Source: Acidimicrobiia bacterium (lineage in GTDB: Bacteria; Actinomycetota; Acidimicrobiia; IMCC26256; JANYLB01). From it: a DNA stretch of 28,057 nt. The notes beneath the pieces were generated by a model, which was not told the origin of the DNA, did no database searches, and saw only the letters and a list, made by a program, of their open reading frames with translations. Shown piece after piece: positions 17,092-25,406 of the stretch (the stretch's first letter is position 1; each line of letters begins with the position of its first letter). The stretch is taken from the NCBI GenBank assembly GCA_038222385.1, contig JBBRHS010000001.1, forward strand, positions 1 to 28,057. The letters run 5' to 3'. Made by a program: the position numbers and the translations under genes.

Positions 17092-17142
17092 GTTCCGGTC
17101 AGGTTCTCGCCGCGCCGGGCGGCAGATTCCTGACCAGTTCGA
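17092..17142. repeat. Direct repeat copy B (current menD 3' end, stop codon and 7 bp downstream)
   Basis: Minus strand encodes FELVRNLPPGAART*; 45/51 identical to 13728-13778. Confidence 0.9.
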
Positions 17143-18841
17143 AGATCTCGCGATGGCGGGCGACGTTGTCGGCCCGGTCGGTGCGCACGAGGACCATGCC
17201 GACGCCACCGGCGTTGATCGCGTCGAGCACCGTGGGCGCGAGCGCGGCGGCGCGGGTGACCTCGACTGTCGGCACGCGGTGCACCGCGGCGAGCGCGGCG
17301 AGGTCGACGGGTTGGGGCGTGCCGAAGAGGGTCTCGAAATGATCGGGGAGCTGCGCCTGGGGCAGGAAGGAGAAGATCCCGCCCCCGCGGTTGTCGATCA
17401 CGACGAACACGGCGTCGAGCCCCCGTTCGGCAACGCCGAGCAGGCCGTTGGTGTCGTGCAGGAAGCACAGATCACCGACGAGGGCAACGGTCGGGCCGTC
17501 GTGACCGGCGGCGATGCCGAGCACCGTCGACACGAAGCCGTCGATGCCGTTCACGCCCCGGTTCGCGTGCACGTCGACCCCCGTCCGCGGCGCCGCGAAC
17601 GACTCCAGGTCGCGCACCGGCATGCTCGAAGCCACCACGAGCGCGGCACCGTCGGGGAGCGCGGCCATCACGTCGCGCGCGATGCGACCCTCGAACGGCT
17701 CGGCCCAGCGGTCGAGGACCGCGTCGACCTCGGCCCTCGTCCGATCCTCGTGCGCGGTCCAGCGCGCCGAGGATCCATCGGTGCGCCCGGTCTGTCGTTC
17801 GGTCAGTCGTTCGGTGAGGGCGACGAGGAGCGGCTCGGTGTCGGCGTCGACGACCTCGTGCGCGCGGCGGGCGGGATCGACCCAGCGGCGGTCGGGGTCG
17901 ACGAGCAGCGTCGGGAGGTCGGCGAGCCACTGACTCGTGGCCTTTCCGGTCAACGGAGCACCGAGGCGCAGGACCAGATCGGGCCGCAGCTCCGCGGCAC
18001 GGACCGGGTCGCGCAGCAGGATGTCGTAGATCGATACCACGTGACCACCGGTCCGCAGGTTCGACACCGCATCTGCGAGCACCGGCCAGCCCGTGGTCGC
18101 GGCGAACGCATCGACGACCGCGGGCGAGACGTGGGCATCCCAGCCGGCGGTGATCACCCCGTTCGGCGTCGCGCCGATGCGGGCCGCGAGCGCGGTGAGC
18201 GCAGCATCGTCGAGGACCCGCCCGGACACGGTTTCGCGGAGCCAGGGGCCTCCGTCGGGCCGGCCGGGCGCGTCGACGAGCGCCGCCCCGGTGGGCAGGA
18301 GGGGCTCGCGGAACGGGAGGTTCAGGTGCACCGGGCCTGCCGGCGGTCCGGCTGTCTCGATCACCGAACGCGCCGCGAGCTCGCGCCACGTCTCGCCGGA
18401 GCCGGGTCGGTCGATCGGGACTTCGGCGTCGACGAACCAGCGGACCGCGTCTCCGTAGAGGTGCACCTGGTCGATGGTCTGGCCGGCGCCGACGCCCCTG
18501 AGCTCGGGGGGCCGATCGGCGGTGGCGACGATGAGCGGAATACCACCGTGGCTCGCCTCGAGCACCGCGGGGTGGAAGTTGGCGGCGGCGGTCCCCGAGG
18601 TGCAGAGCACCACTGCGGGTCGGCCGGTCGCGCGCCCGAGGCCGAGGGCGAAGAACGCGGCCGACCGTTCGTCGAGGTGGACGTGGAGCCGGATCCTCGG
18701 GTCGTCGGCGAATGCGAGCGCGAGTGGTGCCGACCGGGACCCGGGGGAGAGGACCGCGTGGTCCACGCCGCCCCGGACCCACTCGTCGACGAGGGTCCGG
18801 GCGAAGGCGGTCGTTGCGTCGCGCGGAGCGGCTGCACTCAC
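17099..18841 (-). CDS. menD: SEPHCHC synthase (ThDP-dependent)
   Basis: SPGSRSAPL, HLDERSAAFFALG, TSGTAAANFHPAVLEA, TADRP, ANRGVNGIDG, GDLCFLHD, DNRGGGIF. Best start is GTG at 18841; 580 aa. Confidence 0.96.
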   Translation of the reverse strand: MSAAAPRDATTAFARTLVDEWVRGGVDHAVLSPGSRSAPLALAFADDPRIRLHVHLDERSAAFFALGLGRATGRPAVVLCTSGTAAANFHPAVLEASHGGIPLIVATADRPPELRGVGAGQTIDQVHLYGDAVRWFVDAEVPIDRPGSGETWRELAARSVIETAGPPAGPVHLNLPFREPLLPTGAALVDAPGRPDGGPWLRETVSGRVLDDAALTALAARIGATPNGVITAGWDAHVSPAVVDAFAATTGWPVLADAVSNLRTGGHVVSIYDILLRDPVRAAELRPDLVLRLGAPLTGKATSQWLADLPTLLVDPDRRWVDPARRAHEVVDADTEPLLVALTERLTERQTGRTDGSSARWTAHEDRTRAEVDAVLDRWAEPFEGRIARDVMAALPDGAALVVASSMPVRDLESFAAPRTGVDVHANRGVNGIDGFVSTVLGIAAGHDGPTVALVGDLCFLHDTNGLLGVAERGLDAVFVVIDNRGGGIFSFLPQAQLPDHFETLFGTPQPVDLAALAAVHRVPTVEVTRAAALAPTVLDAINAGGVGMVLVRTDRADNVARHREIFELVRNLPPGAART

Positions 18842-18855
18842 GCGAAGCTGCCCGG

Positions 18856-19563
18856 ATGCGGATGGTGCTGGTACCCGGGTTCTCGCAGCCCGCTTCGACG
18901 TGGAACGCGGTGCTCGCGGCGTTGCATCCGTCGATCGAGGCGATCGCGCTCGATGTTCCCGACGACCTCGACTTCGGCGCAACCGCCGGTGCGATCGGGG
19001 CACAGGGCGGACGCGCGGTCTACGTCGGCTACTCGATGGGGGGTCGTCTCGCGTTGCACCTCGCGCTCGAACGACCCGACCTCGTTGCCGGTCTCGTCCT
19101 CGTCAGCGCGTCGCCCGGGATCGCCGATCCGTCGGAGCGGGCGGGACGGGCGGAGGCCGATGCCCGACTCGCAGCCGAGGTCGAGCGCGACGGGGTTTCG
19201 GTGTTCCTCGAGCGGTGGCTCGCTCAACCCCTCTTCGCCGGCCTGTCGCGCGAGGAAGCGGCGTTCGACGATCGGGTCGCGGTGAACTCGACGGAGCGGC
19301 TCGTGCACCAGCTGACCGGGCTCGGTCAGGGCGCGATGCCCGATGCCTGGGCGCGACTCGTTGAGCTCTCGATGCCCGTGCTGCTCCTCACAGGAGTCGA
19401 CGACACCAAGTACGAGGAGATCGCGGCGGAGATGTGCCGGCGCAATCCTCGGCTCGAGCACTCGGTGATCCCGGGGGGTCATGCCCTGCCCCTCGCGCAG
19501 TCGGTGGCGGTGGCGGAGCGCCTCGACAGGTTCGTTCACGAGGTCGGCTCCACCACGGAGTAG
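18856..19563 (+). CDS. menH: SHCHC synthase (alpha/beta hydrolase)
   Basis: VPGFSQ, VGYSMGGRLALHLAL, RAEADARLA, FLERWLAQPLFA, LGQG, DDTKY, GHAL; located between menC and menD. 235 aa from ATG 18856. Confidence 0.88.
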   Translation: MRMVLVPGFSQPASTWNAVLAALHPSIEAIALDVPDDLDFGATAGAIGAQGGRAVYVGYSMGGRLALHLALERPDLVAGLVLVSASPGIADPSERAGRAEADARLAAEVERDGVSVFLERWLAQPLFAGLSREEAAFDDRVAVNSTERLVHQLTGLGQGAMPDAWARLVELSMPVLLLTGVDDTKYEEIAAEMCRRNPRLEHSVIPGGHALPLAQSVAVAERLDRFVHEVGSTTE

Positions 19564-20405
19564 CGCGCGAGCAGCTCCGGCGCCGGTGCCGGCCAGGTGT
19601 CGGGCACGCTCAGGACGTCACGCTGCGGTCGGAGAGGAGACGCGACGACGTCGCCCGCCAGTTCGTCGAGCGTCGCCAGTCCGCACGGCGGCGGCGCAGC
19701 CGGGAGTGCGGCCGCGAGCGCGAGTCCGGAGGCGATCCCGATCGAGGTCTCGAACATCGACGACACGAGCGCGGGCAGTCCGGCCGCGTCGGCGATCTCG
19801 AGCGCGGCGCGCACGCCACCGAGGGGCTGGACCTTGAGCACGAGCACATCGGCCGCATCCCCGGCGCGCAGTGCCCGCGCGTCGTCGATGGTGCGCACGC
19901 ACTCGTCGGCCGCCAGCGGAGCATCGACCATCCGCCGGAGTTCGGCGAGTTCGGCGATCGTCGCGACCGGTTGCTCCGCGAACTCGAGCTCGACGCCGGC
20001 ACTCGCGATGGCGGTCAGCACCTGCGCCGCAGTGGCGACGTCCCACGTGCCGTTCGCATCGACGCGGATCGACACGGCGGGGCCCAGCAGCTCGCGCAGC
20101 GACCGCAGCCGGGCGACGTCTTCGTCGGGATCCCGGCGTCCGACCTTCACCTTCACGCACCGGAAGCACGCGAGCCGGTCGGCGAGATGGACATCGATCT
20201 CCGCGGCGTCGGGAACGAACCCGTTCACGACGACCGATCCCCGAACCGGCTCGGGGAATCCGTCGCACGCGGCCTCGATCGCAGCCCGGCGAGCCACTCC
20301 GGGATCGCAGGGATACCCGACGACGGGCGAGATCTCGCCCCAGCCGGCCGGTCCCTCGAGGAGGGTGATCAGCCGGTCGCCGATGCGGAGCCGGTGTTCC
20401 CTCAC
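19536..20405 (-). CDS. menC: o-Succinylbenzoate synthase (enolase superfamily, short actinobacterial form)
   Basis: GWGEISP, KVKVG (KxK), RVDANG, EFAEQP, AADE, VLKVQPLGG, CGLAT. GTGA overlap with the menA stop. Confidence 0.93.
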   Translation of the reverse strand: MREHRLRIGDRLITLLEGPAGWGEISPVVGYPCDPGVARRAAIEAACDGFPEPVRGSVVVNGFVPDAAEIDVHLADRLACFRCVKVKVGRRDPDEDVARLRSLRELLGPAVSIRVDANGTWDVATAAQVLTAIASAGVELEFAEQPVATIAELAELRRMVDAPLAADECVRTIDDARALRAGDAADVLVLKVQPLGGVRAALEIADAAGLPALVSSMFETSIGIASGLALAAALPAAPPPCGLATLDELAGDVVASPLRPQRDVLSVPDTWPAPAPELLARYSVVEPTS

Positions 20406-21271
20406 GCGAGCGCGAGGCCGAGAGTCAGGAGCACGGCGACCACGACCTCGAGTCGCACGGTCCCGACGAGCGCGCGGACGAGCGACGGTGGGTCGACGCG
20501 CTGCAGCACGAGCCGGGTCGGGCCGAGGGCGAACGGGATCGCGAGCAGCGCGAGGAACGCGGTGGGGGAGTCGAGCCCGATCGGGATCACGGCGACGAAC
20601 GCGCCGATGATGCACGCAACGAACACCCCGCGTGCGCGCGGCGCACCGATCCGGACCGCGAGCGTGCGCTTGCCGGTGGCGCGGTCGGTGTCGACGTCGC
20701 GGATGTTGTTCGCGAGCAGCACCGCGCACGCCGGGAGGCCGACGACCAGCGATCCCCACCACGCGGCGGCCGGGACCGCTTCCGCCTGGACGTACGCGGA
20801 CCCGGCGCACGCCGCGAAGCCGAAGAACGCGAGCACCGCGACCTCGCCCCACCCCGAGTAGCCGTACGGGCGACTGCCCCCCGAGTAGAACCAACCCGCG
20901 GCGATCGCAGCCACGCCGAGCAGGAGGAGCCAGGGGTTCACCGCGAGCGAGAGCACGAGCCCGACGACCGCGGCGACGCCGAAGCTGACGAACGCGGCCC
21001 GCTTCACTGCGGCCGGTGCGGCAGTCCCGGTGGCCGTGAGGCGCAGCGGGCCCCGTCGGTCGGCGTCGGTGCCCTTCAGGCCGTCGGAGTAGTCGTTGGC
21101 GTAGTTCACGCCGATCTGCAACGCGACCGCAACGGCGAACGCGGCCAGCGCCCGCCACCAGATCACCTCGCGACCGAGCGCGCCCGCCGCGGTGCCGACG
21201 AGCACCGGTGCGACCGCGGCACCAAGCGTGCGCGGCCGGGCTCCCTGGACCCATTCACCCGCCGTCGTCAT
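20402..21271 (-). CDS. menA: 1,4-Dihydroxy-2-naphthoate polyprenyltransferase
   Basis: GARPRTL, QIGVNYANDYSDGLKGTD, WFYSGGSRPYGYSGWGE, ANNIRDVDTDRATGKRTLAVRIG; multiple TM segments. Confidence 0.96.
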   Translation of the reverse strand: MTTAGEWVQGARPRTLGAAVAPVLVGTAAGALGREVIWWRALAAFAVAVALQIGVNYANDYSDGLKGTDADRRGPLRLTATGTAAPAAVKRAAFVSFGVAAVVGLVLSLAVNPWLLLLGVAAIAAGWFYSGGSRPYGYSGWGEVAVLAFFGFAACAGSAYVQAEAVPAAAWWGSLVVGLPACAVLLANNIRDVDTDRATGKRTLAVRIGAPRARGVFVACIIGAFVAVIPIGLDSPTAFLALLAIPFALGPTRLVLQRVDPPSLVRALVGTVRLEVVVAVLLTLGLALA

Positions 21272-21309
21272 GCGCCGGTCGTCACGGCCGCACCCTCACG
21301 CCCGCACCG

Positions 21310-22161
21310 TCATGGGCGCTTCGGATACTGGTCGAAGTCGGGACGGCGCTTCTCGAGGTACGCCTGCTTGCCCTCCTTGGCTTCTTCGCTCATGTAGTAC
21401 AGCAACGTCGCGTCGCCGGCGAGCTGCTGGATCCCGGCGAGGCCGTCGTCGGCCGCGTTGAGCGAGGCTTTCAACATCCGCAGCGCGAGCGGTGAGAAGT
21501 CGAGCATCTCGCGACACCACGACACCGTCTCCTCCTCGAGCTCGGCGAGCGGCACGACCGTGTTCACGAGACCCATGTCGAGTGCCTGCTGTGCGTCGTA
21601 CTGTCGGCAGAGGAACCAGATCTCGCGCGCCTTCTTCTGTCCGACCGACGCCGCCAGCAGCCCGGAGCCGTAGCCACCGTCGAACGAGCCGACCTTCGGT
21701 CCGGTCTGGCCGAACTTCGCGTTGTCGGCCGCGATGGTGAGGTCGCACACGACGTGCAGCACGTGGCCGCCGCCGATCGCGTAGCCCGCGACCATCGCGA
21801 CCACCGGCTTCGGCAACCGTCGGATCTGGACCTGGAGGTCGAGCACGTTGAGCCGGCCGATGCCGTCGTCGCCGACGTAGCCGTCGTCGCCCCGGATCCG
21901 CTGGTCGCCGCCCGAGCAGAACGCGTCGGGTCCCTCGCCCGTGAGGATGATCACGCCGACCGACGTGTCGTTGCGGGCCAGTTCGAACGCGGCCTGCAGT
22001 TCGAAGAGCGTCTGCGGCCGGAACGCGTTGCGGACCTCCGGGCGACAGATCGTGATCTTGGCGATGCCGTCGGCGGTCTCGTACCGGATGTCGCCGAAGG
22101 CCGGTCCGGACCCGGGGTCCGGTGTCGTCCACGGCGCGCCCGGGCGGATGGGGGTGTCCAC
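21310..22161 (-). CDS. menB: 1,4-Dihydroxy-2-naphthoyl-CoA synthase
   Basis: [82 protein letters not shown] at 22161 has GGAG 7 nt upstream. Confidence 0.97.
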   Translation of the reverse strand: MDTPIRPGAPWTTPDPGSGPAFGDIRYETADGIAKITICRPEVRNAFRPQTLFELQAAFELARNDTSVGVIILTGEGPDAFCSGGDQRIRGDDGYVGDDGIGRLNVLDLQVQIRRLPKPVVAMVAGYAIGGGHVLHVVCDLTIAADNAKFGQTGPKVGSFDGGYGSGLLAASVGQKKAREIWFLCRQYDAQQALDMGLVNTVVPLAELEEETVSWCREMLDFSPLALRMLKASLNAADDGLAGIQQLAGDATLLYYMSEEAKEGKQAYLEKRRPDFDQYPKRP

Positions 22162-22172
22162 GATTTTGCTCC

Positions 22173-22199
22173 GATCTTGGGAGTGATCGCTCCTACGGT
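22173..22199 (-). promoter_or_regulatory. Operator element, copy 2, in the divergent menB/menE intergenic region
   Basis: Minus strand ACCGTAGGAGCGATCACTCCCAAGATC versus copy 1 ACCGTGGGAGCGATCGCTCCTAAGATC (24/27). Confidence 0.75.
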
Positions 22200-22206
22200 T
22201 ACGGTA
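22200..22206. promoter_or_regulatory. Putative bidirectional -10 element (TACGGTA) serving menE and menB
   Basis: Plus strand TACGGT lies 8 nt before the menE ATG; minus strand TACCGT points at menB. Confidence 0.45.
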
Positions 22207-22213
22207 GCCAGCG

Positions 22214-23263
22214 ATGGATCGGCCGGGCGACTCGGGTGCGACGGGTGCGACGGGCGCGATCGACGGGGGGATCACGGCTCAGGTGCGCGCGATCCGGCGG
22301 GCCTGGGCGGCCGGGGAACCCGTGGTCGTCGAGACCTCCGGCACCACCGGCCGACCCCGACGGGTCGAGCACGCACCCGCGTCGGTCGAGGCGTCGTGCC
22401 GGGCCGTGAGCCGGGCCCTCGCCGTCGACCCCGATCGCGACCACTGGCTGGCGTGCATCCCGCTGCGGTACGTGGCCGGTCGGGCGGTCGTGCTCCGCGG
22501 CGAGGTGACGAGCACGCCCGTCACCGTCCACGACGGCTTCGCGATCGACCGCGTCGGCGACGCGGCCGGCACCTGCACCCTGGTGTCGCTCGTGGCCACC
22601 CAACTCGTCCGTCTCCTCGACGCGGGTGCGCCGATCCACCGGTTCCGCGTCGTCCTGCTCGGTGGTGGACCGGTCCCGACGGGTCTCGTCGCGCGCGCGG
22701 CCGCGGCGGGCGTCGCCGTCCACACGACCTACGGCCTCACCGAGACCTTCGGCGGGTGCGTGCACGACGGCCATCCCCTCGACGGTGTGTCGATCCGCCT
22801 CGCCCCCGATTCGGGCGAGGTGCTCGTCCGCGGCCCGGTGCTCATGCGCGGCTACGTCGACGATCCGGACGCGACACACGCCGCGTTCACCGACGACGGC
22901 TGGTTCCGCACCGGCGACGTCGGTCGCTTCGCCGCCGACGGTCGCCTCGAGATCGTCGACCGGTTGAAGGATCTCGTCATCACCGGCGCCGTCAACGTGA
23001 GTCCGACCGCGGTCGAGCGCGTCGTGTCGACGCACCCTGCGTTCGCCGACGTGTGCGTGATCGGCGTCCCCGACCCGGAGTGGGGTGAGCGCGTCGTCTG
23101 CTGCGCCGTACTCGCGCCGGGTGCCGCCGCGCCGTCGATCGACGCGCTGCGCGACTTCGCTCGCGACCGGCTCGCACCGGCGGAGCTCCCGAAGGAGCTG
23201 CGGATCGTCGCCGCCGTGCCCCGGACCCCCGGGGGCAAGCCGCTCCGCCGCGAGCTGCGCTGA
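22214..23263 (+). CDS. menE: o-Succinylbenzoate-CoA ligase (short form)
   Basis: ANL-family motifs [44 protein letters not shown]; [12 protein letters not shown]; men-cluster context. Confidence 0.88.
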   Translation: MDRPGDSGATGATGAIDGGITAQVRAIRRAWAAGEPVVVETSGTTGRPRRVEHAPASVEASCRAVSRALAVDPDRDHWLACIPLRYVAGRAVVLRGEVTSTPVTVHDGFAIDRVGDAAGTCTLVSLVATQLVRLLDAGAPIHRFRVVLLGGGPVPTGLVARAAAAGVAVHTTYGLTETFGGCVHDGHPLDGVSIRLAPDSGEVLVRGPVLMRGYVDDPDATHAAFTDDGWFRTGDVGRFAADGRLEIVDRLKDLVITGAVNVSPTAVERVVSTHPAFADVCVIGVPDPEWGERVVCCAVLAPGAAAPSIDALRDFARDRLAPAELPKELRIVAAVPRTPGGKPLRRELR

Positions 23264-23281
23264 CGGTTCATCTCCGTCCAT

Positions 23282-23309
23282 CGTGCGGCGTGCGGCGTGC
23301 GGCGTGCGG
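23282..23309. repeat. 7-bp tandem repeat (CGTGCGG)x4
   Basis: Directly visible in the intergenic gap between convergent menE and the kinase gene. Confidence 0.85.
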
Positions 23310-23311
23310 TA

Positions 23312-23851
23312 TCAGGTGTCCCGTGGCAGGTTGGCCACGACGTCGGCGACCACCGACTCGACCGTGCCGTCGGTCGCGACGAGCAGATCGGCGACCTCTG
23401 CGAACAACGGGTCGCGCTCGATCCGCTGCTGCTCGGCGAGGGCGAGCGGATCCTCGCCGAGTCGCGGACGGCCGGTCATGGTCGTGGCTGTACGCCGGGC
23501 GAGCGTTTCCGGTGCCGCGGTGAGCCACACGACGAAGGCCTCGTCGTAAAGGCGGGCGCGGAGCGCGGAATCGGTCACGGTCGAGGCCGCGGCCGTGATC
23601 ACCGCGGCGCGACCCGCGTCGAGCGCGTCGCGCAAGACCCCGGCTTCCCGCGCGTGGAGGTCGTCGACGCCGTCGTCACGGGCGATCTCGGCCGCGGTGC
23701 GACCAGACCGTTGTTCGAGCACGACGTCGTTGTCGACGAACGGGCGGTCGAGCCGGTCCGCGAGCCGGCGGCCGATGGTGGTCTTCCCGCTCCCCATCGG
23801 CCCGATGATGACGACGGGGCGTGCGGGATCCGACCCTCGACCGGGGTTCAA
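23312..23851 (-). CDS. Shikimate kinase-like P-loop kinase (start uncertain; TTG at 23851 is the nearest in-frame start)
   Basis: VVIIGPMGSGKTTIGRRLA, FVDND, VVWLTAAPETLARR, GRP, RDPLFAEVAD. The canonical FRxxE and GGG substrate motifs are altered. Confidence 0.78.
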   Translation of the reverse strand: MNPGRGSDPARPVVIIGPMGSGKTTIGRRLADRLDRPFVDNDVVLEQRSGRTAAEIARDDGVDDLHAREAGVLRDALDAGRAAVITAAASTVTDSALRARLYDEAFVVWLTAAPETLARRTATTMTGRPRLGEDPLALAEQQRIERDPLFAEVADLLVATDGTVESVVADVVANLPRDT

Positions 23852-23894
23852 GGGTCCACGCCCGTCTGCCGATCCACGTGAGGAGCCACATCGG

Positions 23895-23901
23895 TAAGGT
23901 A
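23895..23901. promoter_or_regulatory. Putative bidirectional -10 element (TAAGGTA)
   Basis: Plus TAAGGT points at the lipoprotein gene and minus TACCTT at the kinase gene, in their divergent gap. Confidence 0.4.
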
Positions 23902-23938
23902 CGACCCGGGAACACCGCCGAGTGGGGGGATCCGCAGG

Positions 23939-24817
23939 ATGCGTCGAACACGGATGATGGTCGGGGTCGTGACGATCGCGACGGTGGCCGCCGCGCTGGT
24001 GCTCGCGGCCTGCGTGCCCGTACCGCCGCCCGGGGGCACGCCTCGCGGCACCGGCTGCGGCAAGCCGGTGACGACGGGCAACGTCCAGGCGAAGAAGCTC
24101 CTCTCCGGGGGCGTGGCCCGCGACTACTTCCTCACCGTCCCCGTCACGTACGACAAGAACGTGGCGTCGCCGATCGTCTTCAACTGGCACGGTCACGGCT
24201 CCACGGCCACCGAGCAGTACCTCTACACCCAGCTCGACGCCAAGGGTGCGGCACGCGGCTTCGTGGTCGTCACGCCGAACGGGATCGACGAGCAGTGGGA
24301 CTACACCGCGCCGTCGGTCGACTTCACCTACGGGTCCGACCTCGTGCGGTACCTCGACTCCGTGCTGTGCATCGACGACGACCGCATCTTCACGACCGGC
24401 ATGTCGAACGGCGCGGCGTTCTCGTCGGCGGTGGTGTGCCAGACCGGCATCGGGTTCGACGCCTTCGCCTCGGTGACCGCGTTGACGCCGGCGTGCGCGA
24501 ACGGTGCGCAGGTGCCGATGCTCGCGTTCCACGGGACCGCTGATCCGGTGGTGCCCTACTCCATCGCCGGTCCGTTCACCGCGTCGTGGGCGACGCGCAA
24601 CGGGTGCGACGCCACGCCGGTCGAGACGCGCATCGAGCCCGACATCCAGAAGCGACGCTTCGTCGGCTGCGACGCAGGCCTCTCCGCGACGCTCTACTCG
24701 GTGGAGGGCGGGGGCCATACCTGGCCCGACGGACTCGTCGACCTCCCGCAGTTCGGCGCGACCACGCGCACGATCGACGCCTCGGACCTCATCCTCGACT
24801 TCTTCGCGGCGCAGTAG
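23939..24817 (+). CDS. Secreted lipoprotein esterase (LpqC/LpqP, PHB-depolymerase/feruloyl-esterase-like)
   Basis: Basic N-region, hydrophobic helix and lipobox LAAC; FNWHGHG, nucleophile GMSNGA, AFHGTADPVVPY, GGGHTWP. Confidence 0.88.
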   Translation: MRRTRMMVGVVTIATVAAALVLAACVPVPPPGGTPRGTGCGKPVTTGNVQAKKLLSGGVARDYFLTVPVTYDKNVASPIVFNWHGHGSTATEQYLYTQLDAKGAARGFVVVTPNGIDEQWDYTAPSVDFTYGSDLVRYLDSVLCIDDDRIFTTGMSNGAAFSSAVVCQTGIGFDAFASVTALTPACANGAQVPMLAFHGTADPVVPYSIAGPFTASWATRNGCDATPVETRIEPDIQKRRFVGCDAGLSATLYSVEGGGHTWPDGLVDLPQFGATTRTIDASDLILDFFAAQ

Positions 24818-24832
24818 CCCAACGGGCATGCC

Positions 24833-24851
24833 GGCCGGTCAGCCGGCCTTT
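24833..24851 (+). terminator. Weak intrinsic terminator candidate
   Basis: GGCCGG-TCAG-CCGGCC followed by TTT between convergent genes. Confidence 0.3.
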
Positions 24852-24854
24852 GGC

Positions 24855-25316
24855 TCAGGCGGAGGTGACCCGGAAGAGCGCGGTGATCTTCTCGATCGTC
24901 TCCTGTTCCTTCGGGTTGACGGTCTTCGCCGCCTCCGCCACTGCCCGGGCGATGTCGACGAGCCAGCCCGCGACCTCGGCGGCCTCCATCGAGGACGTGT
25001 TCTTCCGCAGCGCTGCCGCGGCGGGTTCGAGGTCGGCCAGCGCGCCGGTGATGGCCTTGTCGAGGTTCTTGCTCCGGTGCTGGTTCATGTCGTGCCGGGC
25101 TTCCTTGCTGTCGGCCTCGGCCGTGATCGCCGCGATGAGCTCGTTCGCGACGCCCCGGTCGCCGGGCTGCGCGATCGAGCGCGCGCTCGCGCTCGCCTCC
25201 TTCACCATCGAGATCGGGCCGTGCTCACCCGCCGCGAACACGGCCATGGTGACCATGAGCGGCGCGTCGGTGAGCGCGTGCCATTCGTCGTCGGTGAACG
25301 CGGACTTGTCCGTCAT
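24855..25316 (-). CDS. Hypothetical all-helical protein (possibly TerB-like fold)
   Basis: MTDKSAFTDDEWHALTDAP... start with GGGAG upstream; WLVDIARAVAEAA and VNPKEQETIEKI resemble TerB-like helices. 153 aa. Confidence 0.7.
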   Translation of the reverse strand: MTDKSAFTDDEWHALTDAPLMVTMAVFAAGEHGPISMVKEASASARSIAQPGDRGVANELIAAITAEADSKEARHDMNQHRSKNLDKAITGALADLEPAAAALRKNTSSMEAAEVAGWLVDIARAVAEAAKTVNPKEQETIEKITALFRVTSA

Positions 25317-25406
25317 CGGAGCTCCCTGATCGTCGCGGGGCGGCGGATCGATGGCCGGAGCGTACCGGCCGGTGCGCGGGAACCGTCCCGGCGCTAGGGT
25401 GCGCGG

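Noticed and set aside
13728-17142. Calling the direct-repeat-flanked segment a prophage, IS or ICE
   Set aside because: No integrase, transposase, terminal inverted repeats or transfer genes; reported only as an insertion scar.
17099-18841. DHNA allosteric arginine cage in MenD
   Set aside because: Cannot be assigned without an alignment to M. tuberculosis MenD.
23282-23309. (CGTGCGG)x4 as a phase-variation tract or CRISPR remnant
   Set aside because: It lies between convergent stop codons, has no spacers and affects no frame or promoter; kept only as a simple repeat.
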